DNA of 64,000 nucleotides from Candidatus Thiosymbion sp. (GCA_018435665.1 JAHDND010000170.1:7629-71628); one strand, 5' to 3'. Positions 26,162-36,536 are shown, counted from the first letter of the stretch. Numbers and translations are program-made. The notes: generated from the letters alone by a model not told the origin.

Positions 26162-28395
26162 TGAATTTGAATATTAAATTGCTCCTGGTCGTTCTGCTGT
26201 CCCTGTCCCTCCTGGGCCTGATGCCCATCGCCCCGGGTTACCCGACCCTGGAGGCGGCTTCCGCCCGGCCGAAGGTCGGGCTGGTCCTGGGGGGCGGTGG
26301 GGCCCGGGGCCTGGCCCATGTGGGGGTCCTCAAGGTGCTGGAGGAGCTGCGGGTGCCCGTCGACTGTATCGCCGGCACCAGCATGGGCTCGATCATCGGC
26401 GGGCTCTATGCCTCCGGCATGGGCCCCGAGGCGATGGATCAGACCCTGCAGGCGATCGACTGGCCGCGGATCTTCAAGGATGGTCCCGAGCGGGCGGATC
26501 TGCCTTTCCGGACCAAGCAAGAACAGCAGGTGCTCCTGACGGACAAGGGGGTGGGCGTCAAGGATTGGCGGGTGCAGTTGCCCCTGGGCTTGCTGCAGGG
26601 GCAGAACCTGCTGCTGTTGCTGGAAGAACTGACCCTCCCCGCCGCCGAGGTGCGCGACTTCGACCAGTTGCCGATCCCCTTTCGCGCCGTGGCCACCGAT
26701 CTGGCGACGGGTGAGGCGGTGGTGCTGGGCGACGGGGAGTTGGCGAGGGCCATGCGCGCCAGCATGTCCATTCCCAGCGCCCTGGTGCCCGTTGAACGGG
26801 ATGGCAAGCTGTTGGCGGATGGGGGCATGGCCGACAATGTGCCGGTGGATGTGGCGCGCAAACTCTGTCGGCCCGACGTCATCATCGCCGTGGACGTGGG
26901 CGCGCCCCTGGCGCCGAACGACGAATTGACCTCGGTCCTGGCCATCACCGAGCAGCTCACCGGCTTTCTGACCGTGCGCAACGCCCGCCAGCAGATCGCC
27001 ACCTTGGGCACCCGGGACATCCTCATCACTCCGGATCTCAAGGACATATCCAGCCTGAACTTCGAGCGGTCGGCGGAGGCGGTCGCCGTTGGCTATCGGG
27101 GCGCACAGGCCCTGAGCGACCGGCTCACCCGGCTCTCCCTGTCACCGGAGGCCTATCTGGCTCACCGGAACGCCCGACCGGCGCTGCCGGAGAGCCATCA
27201 CCCCATCATCGATTTCATCCGCATCGAAAACGATACCCGGCTCTCCGACCAGGTGATCGAGCAGCAACTCACCGTCAAGCCCGGTGACCGCCTGGACCCC
27301 GAGCGCTTGAATCGGGATCTCAACCAGATCTATGGCATGGGGGATTTCCAGCAGGTCGATTATGCCCTGGTGAAGGAAAACGACCGTACCGGCCTGGTGG
27401 TATCGGCCCGGCGCGCCTTCATCGGTGAGGATCGGCTGAATTTTGGGCTCTATCTGGGTGGAGACATGGGGGGGGATTCCATGTTCAACCTCAGCGTTGC
27501 CTATACCAAGTCTCAGCTCAATGCCTTGGGGGCGGAATGGCGGACTTTCGCGCAGCTCGGCAACAACATCACCCTGTCCACGGATTTCTATCAGCCCCTG
27601 GACGCCGATCAGGAATATTACCTGAATCCCTTCCTCAGCTATGAGCAATACAACCTGAGCCTGGGCCGGGAAGGGGACGAGGATGTCCTGGGCCTGCGGG
27701 TCAGGCAATTCCGCGCGGGCCTGGAGATGGGCCGCAACCTGGGGCATTGGGGACGCCTGAGTCTCGGCCTCTTCTACAGCGGGGGCGGCAATGCCCTCCG
27801 GCACGGGATACCCAATGGCTTCATGGGGGATTTCAACAACAGCGGTTTCACCCTGCGACTGGATGCGGACACCCTGGATAGCCTGGATTTCCCCAGCAAG
27901 GGCTATTACGCCAATCTGCGGTATCGCGGAGCCCTGACCGCCCTGAGCGCCGATGAGGAGTTGCAGACCCTGCTCGTTGATGGCGTCAAGCCGTTCGCCT
28001 GGGGGAAGTCCGTCCTCATCCCCCGGCTCCATCTGGGCGCCACCCTCTCCGGAGAGCCCGGTCCGGAAGACCTGTTCCTGCTGGGCGGCTTTCTCAACCT
28101 CTCGGGCTATCAACCGGGGGATATCTCGGGTAAGTATGTGGGCCTGGCGGAGTTGATCTATCTCTATCGCCTCAACGACGCCTCCGCGGCCTTTTCCCTG
28201 CCCCTATACCTAGGCGGTTCCATTGAGGCCGGTGGAGGCTGGAATTCCCTGGACAACTTCCAGTCCGATTCCATCATCCCCGCCGGCAGCCTGTTCCTGG
28301 GGGCCGATACCCCCCTGGGTCCCGCCTACCTGGGGGCGGGGTTCTCCGATCAGCAGTCCGCCCTGTACCTCATGCTCGGCAAACTCTTGTGGTAG
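26161..28395 (+). CDS. Patatin-like phospholipase fused to POTRA plus Omp85-type beta-barrel (PlpD-like, type Vd secretion architecture)
   Basis: 744 aa. Has a signal peptide, GGGARG, GTSMGS and a DGG motif. A POTRA-like segment reads IDFIRIENDTRLSD...NQIYGMGDF. The C-terminal half is rich in aromatic and Gly residues. The ATG shares one base with the regulator's TGA (TGATG). Confidence 0.85.
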   Translation: MNLNIKLLLVVLLSLSLLGLMPIAPGYPTLEAASARPKVGLVLGGGGARGLAHVGVLKVLEELRVPVDCIAGTSMGSIIGGLYASGMGPEAMDQTLQAIDWPRIFKDGPERADLPFRTKQEQQVLLTDKGVGVKDWRVQLPLGLLQGQNLLLLLEELTLPAAEVRDFDQLPIPFRAVATDLATGEAVVLGDGELARAMRASMSIPSALVPVERDGKLLADGGMADNVPVDVARKLCRPDVIIAVDVGAPLAPNDELTSVLAITEQLTGFLTVRNARQQIATLGTRDILITPDLKDISSLNFERSAEAVAVGYRGAQALSDRLTRLSLSPEAYLAHRNARPALPESHHPIIDFIRIENDTRLSDQVIEQQLTVKPGDRLDPERLNRDLNQIYGMGDFQQVDYALVKENDRTGLVVSARRAFIGEDRLNFGLYLGGDMGGDSMFNLSVAYTKSQLNALGAEWRTFAQLGNNITLSTDFYQPLDADQEYYLNPFLSYEQYNLSLGREGDEDVLGLRVRQFRAGLEMGRNLGHWGRLSLGLFYSGGGNALRHGIPNGFMGDFNNSGFTLRLDADTLDSLDFPSKGYYANLRYRGALTALSADEELQTLLVDGVKPFAWGKSVLIPRLHLGATLSGEPGPEDLFLLGGFLNLSGYQPGDISGKYVGLAELIYLYRLNDASAAFSLPLYLGGSIEAGGGWNSLDNFQSDSIIPAGSLFLGADTPLGPAYLGAGFSDQQSALYLMLGKLLW

Positions 28396-28445
28396 GGACG
28401 GGGGAAGCACCAGCCCGATTCCCGTAGGGATCTGGGGCGAGCCCC

Positions 28446-28545
28446 GGGTCGGGTGGCGTCTGGCGGGGGACGCCGTGAATACGTCCCTGTAGGCTTGCCA
28501 ACCGCATCCCTGCGGTTGACACCCCCGCCAGACGCCCCCCGACCC
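28446..28545. repeat. Palindromic MITE/REP-like element, copy B (100 bp)
   Basis: GGGTCGGGTGGCGTCTGGCGGGGG ... CCCCCGCCAGACGCCCCCCGACCC. The core contains the hairpin CAACCGCA-tccc-TGCGGTTG. The core is the reverse complement of copy C, with two mismatches by eye. It lies in the plpD-like -> <- pyc convergent gap. Confidence 0.75.
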
Positions 28546-28619
28546 TCCCCATCCATGCCGACAGATACAGAAAGGCGATATCTAGAATTCGTAAGAATCT
28601 GTGGGGCTTTGGCGCGCGC

Positions 28620-31600
28620 TCAGGCGAATTCCACTAGCAAATCCTTGGCGTTCACGCTCTCGCCGTGGCGGGCATGGATGGCGTGGACCAGGCCATCACG
28701 CTCGGCGGTGAGCATGGTCTCCATCTTCATCGCCTCGATGGAAACCAGGGGATCGCCCTTCGCCACCTTTTGGCCGGCGTGGACCGCCACGGTGACGATG
28801 GTGCCGGGCATGGGGGCGCCGACGTGACGGGGATTGCCCTCCTCGGCTTGGGGCTTGGCCTTGACGTTGGCCAGGCCGGCTTTGGGCACCCGGATCAGCC
28901 GCGACTGGCCGTTGAGCTCGAAGAAGACCTTGGCGACCCCCTCCGCGTCCGGCTCGGCCACGCTCTGCTCGGAGACGATCAGGCTCTTGCCGCGCTCCAG
29001 TTCGACGCTGATCTCCTCCCCGGGCTGGAGGCCGTAGAAGAAGGCCGGGGTGGGGAGGATGGAGACATCGCCGTAGTGACCGCGATGGGTGGCGTAGTCC
29101 TTGAAGACCTTGGGATACATCAGATAGGACGCCAGGTCGGTATCGTCGATCTGGCGCCCGGTGGCATGTTCCGCTGCGGCGCGGGCGGCCTCCAGGTCCA
29201 CCGGCGGCAGAAAGTCGCCGGCGCGCCCGGCGATGGGCGTCTGACCCTTGAGGACCTTGCCCTGTAGCGCCGGCGGGAAGCCGTCCGGGGGGTAGCCCAG
29301 CTCACCCCGCATGAGGGAGATGACCGACTCGGGGAAGGCGATCTCCCGCTCCGGGTCGGTGATGTCCGCCGGGGTCAGGCCGTTGGCGACCATGTAGAGG
29401 GCCAGGTCACCGACCACCTTCGAGGTGGGGGTGACCTTGACGATGTCGCCGAAGAGGCGGTTGACGTCGGCATAGGCCCGGGAGACCTCCCCCCAGCGAT
29501 GCTCCAGGCCCATGGCGCGGGCCTGTTCCCGCAGGTTGGTGTACTGGCCACCGGGCATCTCGTGGCGGTAGACATCGGCGGTGCCGTAGCGGATGTCGGC
29601 CTCGAAGGGGGCATAGAAACGCCGCACCCCCTCCCAGTAGTGGGACAGGCCCTGCAGGGCGTCCAGGTCCAGGCCCGGGTCGCGCTCGCTGCCGGCCAGG
29701 GCGGCGGCGATGGACCCCAGGTTGGGCTGGGAGGTCAGGCCGCTGAGGGCGTCCAGGGCGCCGTCCACGGCGTCGCACCCCGCCTCCACCGCCGCCAGCA
29801 CCGTGGCGGCGGCGATGCCGCTGGTGTCGTGGGTGTGGAAATGGATGGGGATGCCGACCTCCTGTTTGAGGGCCCGGATCAGCTCCCGGGCGGCGCGGGG
29901 CTTGCAGATGCCGGCCATGTCCTTGATGCCCAGGATCTGGGCGCCGGCCTGCTCCAACTGCTTGGCCAGGTTGACGTAATAGCCGAGGTTGTATTTGGGG
30001 CGCGCCGGGTCCGTCAGGTCACCGGTGTAGCAGATGGCCGCCTCGCACAAGGCGCCGCTCTCCCGGACGGCGTCGATGGCCACGCGCATGTTGTCCACCC
30101 AGTTGAGGGAGTCGAAGACGCGGAACAGGTCGATGCCCTCCCGGGCGGCCTGCTGGACGAAGTAGCGCACCACATTGTCGGCATAGTTGGTATAGCCCAC
30201 GGCGTTGGAGGCGCGCAGCAGCATCTGGAAGAGGATGTTGGGCACGGCGGCGCGTAGTCGGGCCAGCCGCTCCCAGGGGTCCTCCTTGAGGAAGCGCAGG
30301 GCGACGTCGAAGGTGGCCCCGCCCCAGCACTCCAGGGAAAAGAGCCCCGGCAGCAGCCGGGCATAGTGGGGGGCGATCTCCACCATGTCATGGGTGCGCA
30401 TGCGGGTGGCGAAGAGGGACTGATGGGCGTCCCGCAGGCTGGTGTCGGTGAGCAGCACCTGGGTCTGGTCGCGCATCCAGGCGGCGAACTGGTCCGCGCC
30501 CAGGGCCTTGAGCCGGTCACGGCTGCCCGGGGGCGGGTCCAGGCTCAGGTCGCAGGGGGGCTTGATGGGTACCGCCAGGGGCAGGGGGGGCAGGGCGCGG
30601 CCCTTCATCTCCGGGTTGCCGTTGACCCGCACCTCGCCCAGGAAACGCAGTAGCCGGTTGGCGCGGTCGCGGCGCTTGCGGAACTTGAACAACTCCGGGG
30701 TCTCGTCGATGAAGCGCGTGGTGCATTCCCCCGTCAGGAAGAGCGGGTGGTTGATGACGTTTTCCAGGAAGGGCAGGTTGGAGGCCACGCCGCGCACGCG
30801 GAATTCCCGCAGGGCCCGGTCCATGCGCCGTGCCGCCTCCTCGGGCTGGTGGCCCCAGGACGTGACCTTGACCAGCAGGGAGTCGTACCAGGGGGTGATG
30901 ACGGCGCCGGTGTAGGCGGTGCCACCATCCAGCCGGATGCCGAAACCCGCTGGGCTGCGATATCCGTTGATGCGGCCATAGTCCGGGGTGAAGCCGTTTT
31001 CCGGGTCTTCGGTGGTGATCCGGCACTGGAGGGCGTGACCGTAGAGGTGAACCTCCTCCTGGCGGGGGACGTAGGAACCCTCGTCACCGATGCGCGCCCC
31101 TTCGGTGATGGCGATCTGCGCCTTGACGATGTCGACGCCGGTGACCAGTTCGGTGACGGTATGCTCGACCTGGATGCGGGGGTTGACCTCGATGAAGTAG
31201 AAGCGGTCCGTGTCCGCGTCCAGCAGGAACTCGACGGTGCCGGCATGGGTATAGTCCGCGGCCCGCGCCAGACGCAGGGCCGCCGCGCACAGTTCCGCCC
31301 GGCGTTCCGCGCCGAGGTAGGGCGCCGGGGCCCGCTCGACCACCTTCTGATTGCGGCGCTGCACCGAGCAGTCGCGCTCGAAGAGGTGGACGAGCTGGCC
31401 ATGGGTATCGCCCATGACCTGGACCTCGACGTGGCGCGCCCGGCGCACCAGCTTCTCCAGGTAGACCTCGTCGTTGCCGAAGGCTGCCAGGGCCTCCCGG
31501 CGCGCCACCTCCATCGCCGGCCCCAGGTCGGCCTGGGTCTCGATGACCCGCATGCCCCGCCCGCCGCCGCCCCAACTGGCCTTGAGCATCAGGGGATAGC

Positions 31601-32063
31601 CAACCTCCGCCGCCAGGGCCTTGGCCCCCGCCAGGTCCCGGGGCAGGGCCACGGTGGCCGGCACCACGGGCACCCCGGCGCGCTCCGCCAATTGCCGGGC
31701 CGAGACCTTGTTGCCGAGGAGGCGCATGACCTCCGGTCTGGGGCCGATGAAGGCGATGCTCGCCGCGGCGCAGGCGGCGGCAAAGTCCGGGTTCTCCGAC
31801 AGGAAGCCATAGCCGGGATGAATGGCGTCGACATGATTCTCCCGCGCGATGCGGATGATGTCGGCGATGTCCAGGTAGGCGGCGATGGGTTTCTGGCCGG
31901 CACCGACCCGATACGACTCATCGGCCTTGAAGCGGTGGAGGGCGAAGCGGTCCTCGTTGGAGAAGATGGCGATGGTGCGAATGCCCATCTCAGCGGCGGC
32001 CCGCAGGACGCGGATGGCGATTTCGCTGCGGTTGGCGACGAGGAGGCGGCGGATTTTTTTCAT
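28620..32063 (-). CDS. pyc: Pyruvate carboxylase, single-chain form
   Basis: 1147 aa. N-terminal biotin carboxylase (MKKIRRLLVANRSEIAIRV), central carboxyltransferase (DTSLRDAHQS), C-terminal biotinyl motif EAMKME. Confidence 0.95.
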   Translation of the reverse strand: MKKIRRLLVANRSEIAIRVLRAAAEMGIRTIAIFSNEDRFALHRFKADESYRVGAGQKPIAAYLDIADIIRIARENHVDAIHPGYGFLSENPDFAAACAAASIAFIGPRPEVMRLLGNKVSARQLAERAGVPVVPATVALPRDLAGAKALAAEVGYPLMLKASWGGGGRGMRVIETQADLGPAMEVARREALAAFGNDEVYLEKLVRRARHVEVQVMGDTHGQLVHLFERDCSVQRRNQKVVERAPAPYLGAERRAELCAAALRLARAADYTHAGTVEFLLDADTDRFYFIEVNPRIQVEHTVTELVTGVDIVKAQIAITEGARIGDEGSYVPRQEEVHLYGHALQCRITTEDPENGFTPDYGRINGYRSPAGFGIRLDGGTAYTGAVITPWYDSLLVKVTSWGHQPEEAARRMDRALREFRVRGVASNLPFLENVINHPLFLTGECTTRFIDETPELFKFRKRRDRANRLLRFLGEVRVNGNPEMKGRALPPLPLAVPIKPPCDLSLDPPPGSRDRLKALGADQFAAWMRDQTQVLLTDTSLRDAHQSLFATRMRTHDMVEIAPHYARLLPGLFSLECWGGATFDVALRFLKEDPWERLARLRAAVPNILFQMLLRASNAVGYTNYADNVVRYFVQQAAREGIDLFRVFDSLNWVDNMRVAIDAVRESGALCEAAICYTGDLTDPARPKYNLGYYVNLAKQLEQAGAQILGIKDMAGICKPRAARELIRALKQEVGIPIHFHTHDTSGIAAATVLAAVEAGCDAVDGALDALSGLTSQPNLGSIAAALAGSERDPGLDLDALQGLSHYWEGVRRFYAPFEADIRYGTADVYRHEMPGGQYTNLREQARAMGLEHRWGEVSRAYADVNRLFGDIVKVTPTSKVVGDLALYMVANGLTPADITDPEREIAFPESVISLMRGELGYPPDGFPPALQGKVLKGQTPIAGRAGDFLPPVDLEAARAAAEHATGRQIDDTDLASYLMYPKVFKDYATHRGHYGDVSILPTPAFFYGLQPGEEISVELERGKSLIVSEQSVAEPDAEGVAKVFFELNGQSRLIRVPKAGLANVKAKPQAEEGNPRHVGAPMPGTIVTVAVHAGQKVAKGDPLVSIEAMKMETMLTAERDGLVHAIHARHGESVNAKDLLVEFA

Positions 32064-32438
32064 GGTACGGCCGGTGAAAAATGCAAGAACGGGGGATATT
32101 CGCGGACGATGGATTACTTTGCCATGGCGGCGGTGAATTCGCCATCCGGTCAGGGCCGCAAGCCGTTCGCCTGAGGGTGGGGACCTGGACCCGCTCCGGC
32201 GGGATCAGGTAATGAGTGCCGAAAATACAATTATTTGATTAATAAGTAAAATATGGCTCTGGGGGGTCATTTTCGTGCCGTTGCCGCTGGCACGGGGACC
32301 AGGATGACCACTCCCCCTCGGGGTCTGGAAAAGGACCTTGAAAGGCCATCTGAAAGCCATCTGTCAGTCATGGCGGCGTCATCGCCCCGTCGTGGAACCT
32401 TCATAAAGGGATTGCCCTCTGGGCCCTGCTAGCCCACA

Positions 32439-34175
32439 ATGAGGTCATCTGTCAACCCCCCGACATCAGTCTTTCCCGCCATGATCAATCCCCTCCCGGG
32501 CCGCTGGCGCTGGCCCTTGCTGCACGTCGCGCTCTTCTTGGTGGGCATCTATCTCTATAGCCTGCTGGTCGAATTCGTCGGTGGCTTTAGTACCCAGGTG
32601 ATGTATCGGCAATGGCCGGAGGCCCTGCTTGTCCTCTCTTTCTATGGCCTGCTCTACGCCCTGCTGCGGCCCTCCCGTTGGCGGCCTTGGCTGGCGGCGG
32701 CGCCCATTCTGCTCATCTATCTCACCCACGATGTCTTTTACCTGGCCTACGGAAAGGTCTTTCGCTTCATCAACGTCGCTGAGTTGCCGGAGTTGTTGCA
32801 GATCCTGCCCCCGCTCTATGTCGTCCTGCTCTTCCTGCTCTTCCTGGCACCCGTGACGGTGATTCTGTGGCAGATCGACTACCGTCGGCCCCTGCGCATC
32901 CTCCTGGCCTGTTTACCCTTGCTGTTGGTCGTCAGCCTCATCAAGGCGACCCCGGAGGCCTTTGCCACGGGTTTCAAGACCCTCGTCTATGAGATCGTCA
33001 AGTATTCCGATGGCAAAAGCGTGGAGACCAACGGCCGTCTGGCGATGATGCTCTACCGGGAGGCGGAGCGGGAGGGGGTCCTGCGGGCGATCCAGCCCTA
33101 TCTCAATCGGCCCGGCTATGACAAGGCCTTCACGGGTGAGGTGGAACGGATCCGGCCTCATCTTCAGGCCCGGAACGTGCATCTACTCATTTTGGAGAGC
33201 TTCCTAGATCCCCGTCTCTTCCACGACCTGAAGCTGTCGCGGGACCCGGTCCATCCGGATTTCGCCGCCCTGTTTGGCGACCAGCTCGGCCTATCCCGCT
33301 CGCCCCTCTTTGGCGGCGCCACCTCCCAGGCCGAATTCGAGGTCCTGTGTGGCGTGCCGGCCCTGGAGCAGTTGTCCAGCATCGAATTCAACACCTTCAC
33401 CGGCGCCCCGGCACGCTGCCTGCCAGACTTTCTGGGCCGGCTGGGCTATCGCGTCACGGCCAGCAATGCCTACAAGCCCAACTTCTTCAATACTCAGCCG
33501 GCCTACCGGGGCATGGGCTTTGCCGAGCAGTATTTTTCCCGGGAATTCCTCCCCCGCGAGCCCACCTATCTCACCTTTGGCGACCCTGGCCTGGAAGAGT
33601 ACATCTTCGACGGTGATCTTCTGCCCCAGAACCTGGCCTTTGTGCGCCGCCATCTGGCGGAGCATCCCGGCCAGCCCTTGTTCAACTATCTCCTCACCAT
33701 CTTCGGCCATACCCCTCACAACGAGGATCTGGACAAGCGCCCCCGCCTCATCAAGGTCGAGACCCCCCACAACGATGAGCACCTGGAGCGGGTGGTCAAT
33801 CACTTCTACTACCGCACCGAGGCCCTGGCGGCCTATGTGCGGGAACTCATCACCCTGGATCCCGACAGCCTGATCGTCCTGGTCAGTGATCACGTCCCAC
33901 CCCTGCAATTTGGCCCGCCGACCTACAAGGCCCTGGGGTACATGGGTAATATCGAGGGCAGCCATTTCTACAACCGCATCGCCATCCTCGACCGGGGCCG
34001 CCCCGTCACCTACCCGCCCCTGCGCCATTTCGATTTCCCCGACCTCATCGTCGACACCCTCACCGGCGGTCGCTACTGCGCCACCGCGGAATGCGACTAC
34101 CTGAGCACGACCAAGCCACCGCGCGAGGACTATGCCGATCAATATCTGGCCCTGATGGCGCACGCCTCCGAGTAG
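32439..34175 (+). CDS. Membrane-anchored sulfatase / alkaline-phosphatase superfamily protein (LTA-synthase-like)
   Basis: 578 aa. N-terminal multi-TM region. The C-terminal part has LILESFLDP, GGATSQAEFEVLCG and VSDHVPP. The start is uncertain (alternative ATG at 32481). Confidence 0.7.
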   Translation: MRSSVNPPTSVFPAMINPLPGRWRWPLLHVALFLVGIYLYSLLVEFVGGFSTQVMYRQWPEALLVLSFYGLLYALLRPSRWRPWLAAAPILLIYLTHDVFYLAYGKVFRFINVAELPELLQILPPLYVVLLFLLFLAPVTVILWQIDYRRPLRILLACLPLLLVVSLIKATPEAFATGFKTLVYEIVKYSDGKSVETNGRLAMMLYREAEREGVLRAIQPYLNRPGYDKAFTGEVERIRPHLQARNVHLLILESFLDPRLFHDLKLSRDPVHPDFAALFGDQLGLSRSPLFGGATSQAEFEVLCGVPALEQLSSIEFNTFTGAPARCLPDFLGRLGYRVTASNAYKPNFFNTQPAYRGMGFAEQYFSREFLPREPTYLTFGDPGLEEYIFDGDLLPQNLAFVRRHLAEHPGQPLFNYLLTIFGHTPHNEDLDKRPRLIKVETPHNDEHLERVVNHFYYRTEALAAYVRELITLDPDSLIVLVSDHVPPLQFGPPTYKALGYMGNIEGSHFYNRIAILDRGRPVTYPPLRHFDFPDLIVDTLTGGRYCATAECDYLSTTKPPREDYADQYLALMAHASE

Positions 34176-34225
34176 GGGCCATAGACCTGGTGTGGGGCTA
34201 AGATGGATGTTCAGCTTCCTCGATC

Positions 34226-35089
34226 ATGAGCACCCCCGAAGCCACACTTACCACCATCCCCCACGACGGACTGTTCTCCGCCGCCCTGGCCTGCCTGCTT
34301 GAACGCGACCCCGAGGCCAAGCGGCGGTTGACGCGGCAGGCCGCGGCGGACTGGCGCGCCGGCCGCCTGGCGCTGGATGAGACCTGCCCGGTCGCCCCCC
34401 TGACCGAGCCCGGCCGGCCCGCGCGGCCGGAACTGGTCCACCCCCGCGACCTGGCCAAGCGCTCCGCCCGCGCCAGCAAGAGTGGCGGCAAGGGGCGGGC
34501 GGCCCTCATCCATGCCGTGGCCCACATCGAGTTCAACGCCATCAATCTGGCTTGGGATGCCGTGCAGCGCTTTCGCGGCCTGCCCCGGGCCTATTACGCC
34601 GACTGGGTGCGGGTGGCGGACGAGGAGGCCCTGCACTTTGGCCTGATGCGCGACCGACTCCGCGCCCTGGGTTACGACTACGGCGACTTCCCCGCCCATG
34701 ACGGCCTCTGGTCCATGGCCCTGCGCACCGCCGCTGACCCCCTGGAGCGCATGGCCCTGGTCCCGCGGGTCATGGAGGCCCGGGGGCTGGATGTCACGCC
34801 TGGCATGATGGCCCGCTTCCGCGAGGCTGGGGATGAGGAGACGGCGGCCTGCCTGGCGGTCATCCTCCGCGACGAGGTCGGCCATGTGGCCGCCGGCACC
34901 CGCTGGTTCCGCTACCTCTGCGCGGAACGGGGTCTGGACCCGGAGACCCGTTACTTCGAACTGCTCAACGCCCACCTCGGCGAAAGCATCCGTTGCCCCC
35001 TTAACCTGGACGACCGGCGCCAGGCCGGCTTTGCCGAGACCGAACTCGAACGGCTTCAGGCCCTTTGCCAGCGGCCGGCGCCGGCTTAG
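34226..35089 (+). CDS. DUF455 ferritin-like family protein
   Basis: 287 aa. Contains HAVAHIEFNAINLAWD ... DEEALHF ... EARGLD ... RDEVGHV, a di-iron-like E/H pattern. Confidence 0.75.
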   Translation: MSTPEATLTTIPHDGLFSAALACLLERDPEAKRRLTRQAAADWRAGRLALDETCPVAPLTEPGRPARPELVHPRDLAKRSARASKSGGKGRAALIHAVAHIEFNAINLAWDAVQRFRGLPRAYYADWVRVADEEALHFGLMRDRLRALGYDYGDFPAHDGLWSMALRTAADPLERMALVPRVMEARGLDVTPGMMARFREAGDEETAACLAVILRDEVGHVAAGTRWFRYLCAERGLDPETRYFELLNAHLGESIRCPLNLDDRRQAGFAETELERLQALCQRPAPA

Positions 35090-35235
35090 CCGGGACTGAA
35101 AACTTCGACGAAGAGGTTGCCTTCTGGGCCTTCAGGGTGTCGAGGGGACCGGTGGTTCGCCGGCTTTATCGATCCAGTTGGGCACGTCATAGGCGGGAGC
35201 ATATCGGCCGGCGGGGGGGCTGGCGGAACCGAGAT

Positions 35236-35979
35236 TTAGGTGTGGTCAGAAGCGGACCCCAACGCCAGCCTGCTCCAGCCTGAGGGGCTGACCATCAGCG
35301 CCTCACCCCGGCCCTCGCGCCACTCCGCCAGGACTAGGCGGTGGGCGGGCTGGCCATCCAGCGACAGGGCATGATCCGCCGGTCGATGGGTGTGGCCGTG
35401 GATCAGACAACGCGCATCCTGCCGACGCAAGGTCGCCAGGACGGCGTCAGGATTGACATCCATGATCGCCAGGGGCTTGCCGGCGATGGCCGCCATGCTG
35501 CGCCGCCGGTAATCCTGGGCCAGGGCGCGGCGCCGTTCCAACCGCCGCCAGAGGAAGAGCCGTGTGACCAGCGGGTTACGGATGACGCGGCGAAAATGCT
35601 GGTAGGCCCGGTCATCGGTGCAGAGCAGGTCGCCGTGCATCAGCAGGGTCGGCGTGCCGTAGAGGTCGATGCGGGTCGGATCGGCCAGCAGATCGCAGCC
35701 GGTGTCCGCAAGGAAACGCCGGCCGAGGAGGAAGTCGCGGTTACCGGGCAGGATGGCGCAGCGGGTACCGCTGGCGGTCAGGTCCCGCAGGGCGGCACGG
35801 ATGGCGGGGTAGGGGGGTTCGTCATCGTCGTCGCCGATCCAGGCATCGAAGAGGTCACCCAGGATGTAGAGGGCCTCGGCCTCCCGGGCCTGCCGACCCA
35901 GGAAGTCGAGGAAGAGGGCCACCGTCGCCGGCCGTTCCGGCGCCAGGTGGAGGTCGGAGATGAAGAGGCTGGTTGGCAT
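35236..35979 (-). CDS. lpxH: UDP-2,3-diacylglucosamine hydrolase
   Basis: 247 aa. Contains LFISDLHL, YILGDLFDAWIGDDD, GNRDFL and HGHTHRP. Confidence 0.9.
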   Translation of the reverse strand: MPTSLFISDLHLAPERPATVALFLDFLGRQAREAEALYILGDLFDAWIGDDDDEPPYPAIRAALRDLTASGTRCAILPGNRDFLLGRRFLADTGCDLLADPTRIDLYGTPTLLMHGDLLCTDDRAYQHFRRVIRNPLVTRLFLWRRLERRRALAQDYRRRSMAAIAGKPLAIMDVNPDAVLATLRRQDARCLIHGHTHRPADHALSLDGQPAHRLVLAEWREGRGEALMVSPSGWSRLALGSASDHT

Positions 35980-36047
35980 GGGCGGGCATGGCCGCGCCTT
36001 CGGGCTGGCGCTATTCGCTGGCGCCAGCCGACCGCGGCGGGGAGTGG

Positions 36048-36536
36048 CTATTCCACCACGACCGCCTTTTCGATCACCACATCCTCCACCGGCACATCCT
36101 GGTGGCCCTGGCGATTGCCCGTCTTCACCCCCTTAATCTTGTTGACCACGTCCATGCCCTCGGTGACCGTGCCGAAGACGCAATAGCCCCATCCGTCCTG
36201 GCCGGGATAGTCCAAGAAGCCATTGTCGGCGACATTGATGAAGAACTGGGCACTGGCGGAATGGGGGTCCATGGTGCGCGCCATCGCGATGGTGCCGGTC
36301 TTGTTCTTGAGGCCGTTCTTGGCCTCGTTGGTGATGGACTCGCGGGTCGGCTTCTGCGCGAAGCGGGTATCCATGCCTCCGCCCTGAATCATGAAGCCAT
36401 TGATAACGCGATGGAAAATCGTACCGTCGTAATGACCATCACGTACATAATCTTCAAAGTTTTTGGCGGTGATCGGGGCCTTGTCGTAGTCGAGTTCGAT
36501 GGCGATATCGCCGTGGTTGGTCGTGAGTCTGATCAT
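36048..36536 (-). CDS. ppiB: Cytoplasmic cyclophilin-type peptidyl-prolyl isomerase
   Basis: 162 aa. Contains [14 protein letters not shown] and [17 protein letters not shown]. Confidence 0.93.
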   Translation of the reverse strand: MIRLTTNHGDIAIELDYDKAPITAKNFEDYVRDGHYDGTIFHRVINGFMIQGGGMDTRFAQKPTRESITNEAKNGLKNKTGTIAMARTMDPHSASAQFFINVADNGFLDYPGQDGWGYCVFGTVTEGMDVVNKIKGVKTGNRQGHQDVPVEDVVIEKAVVVE

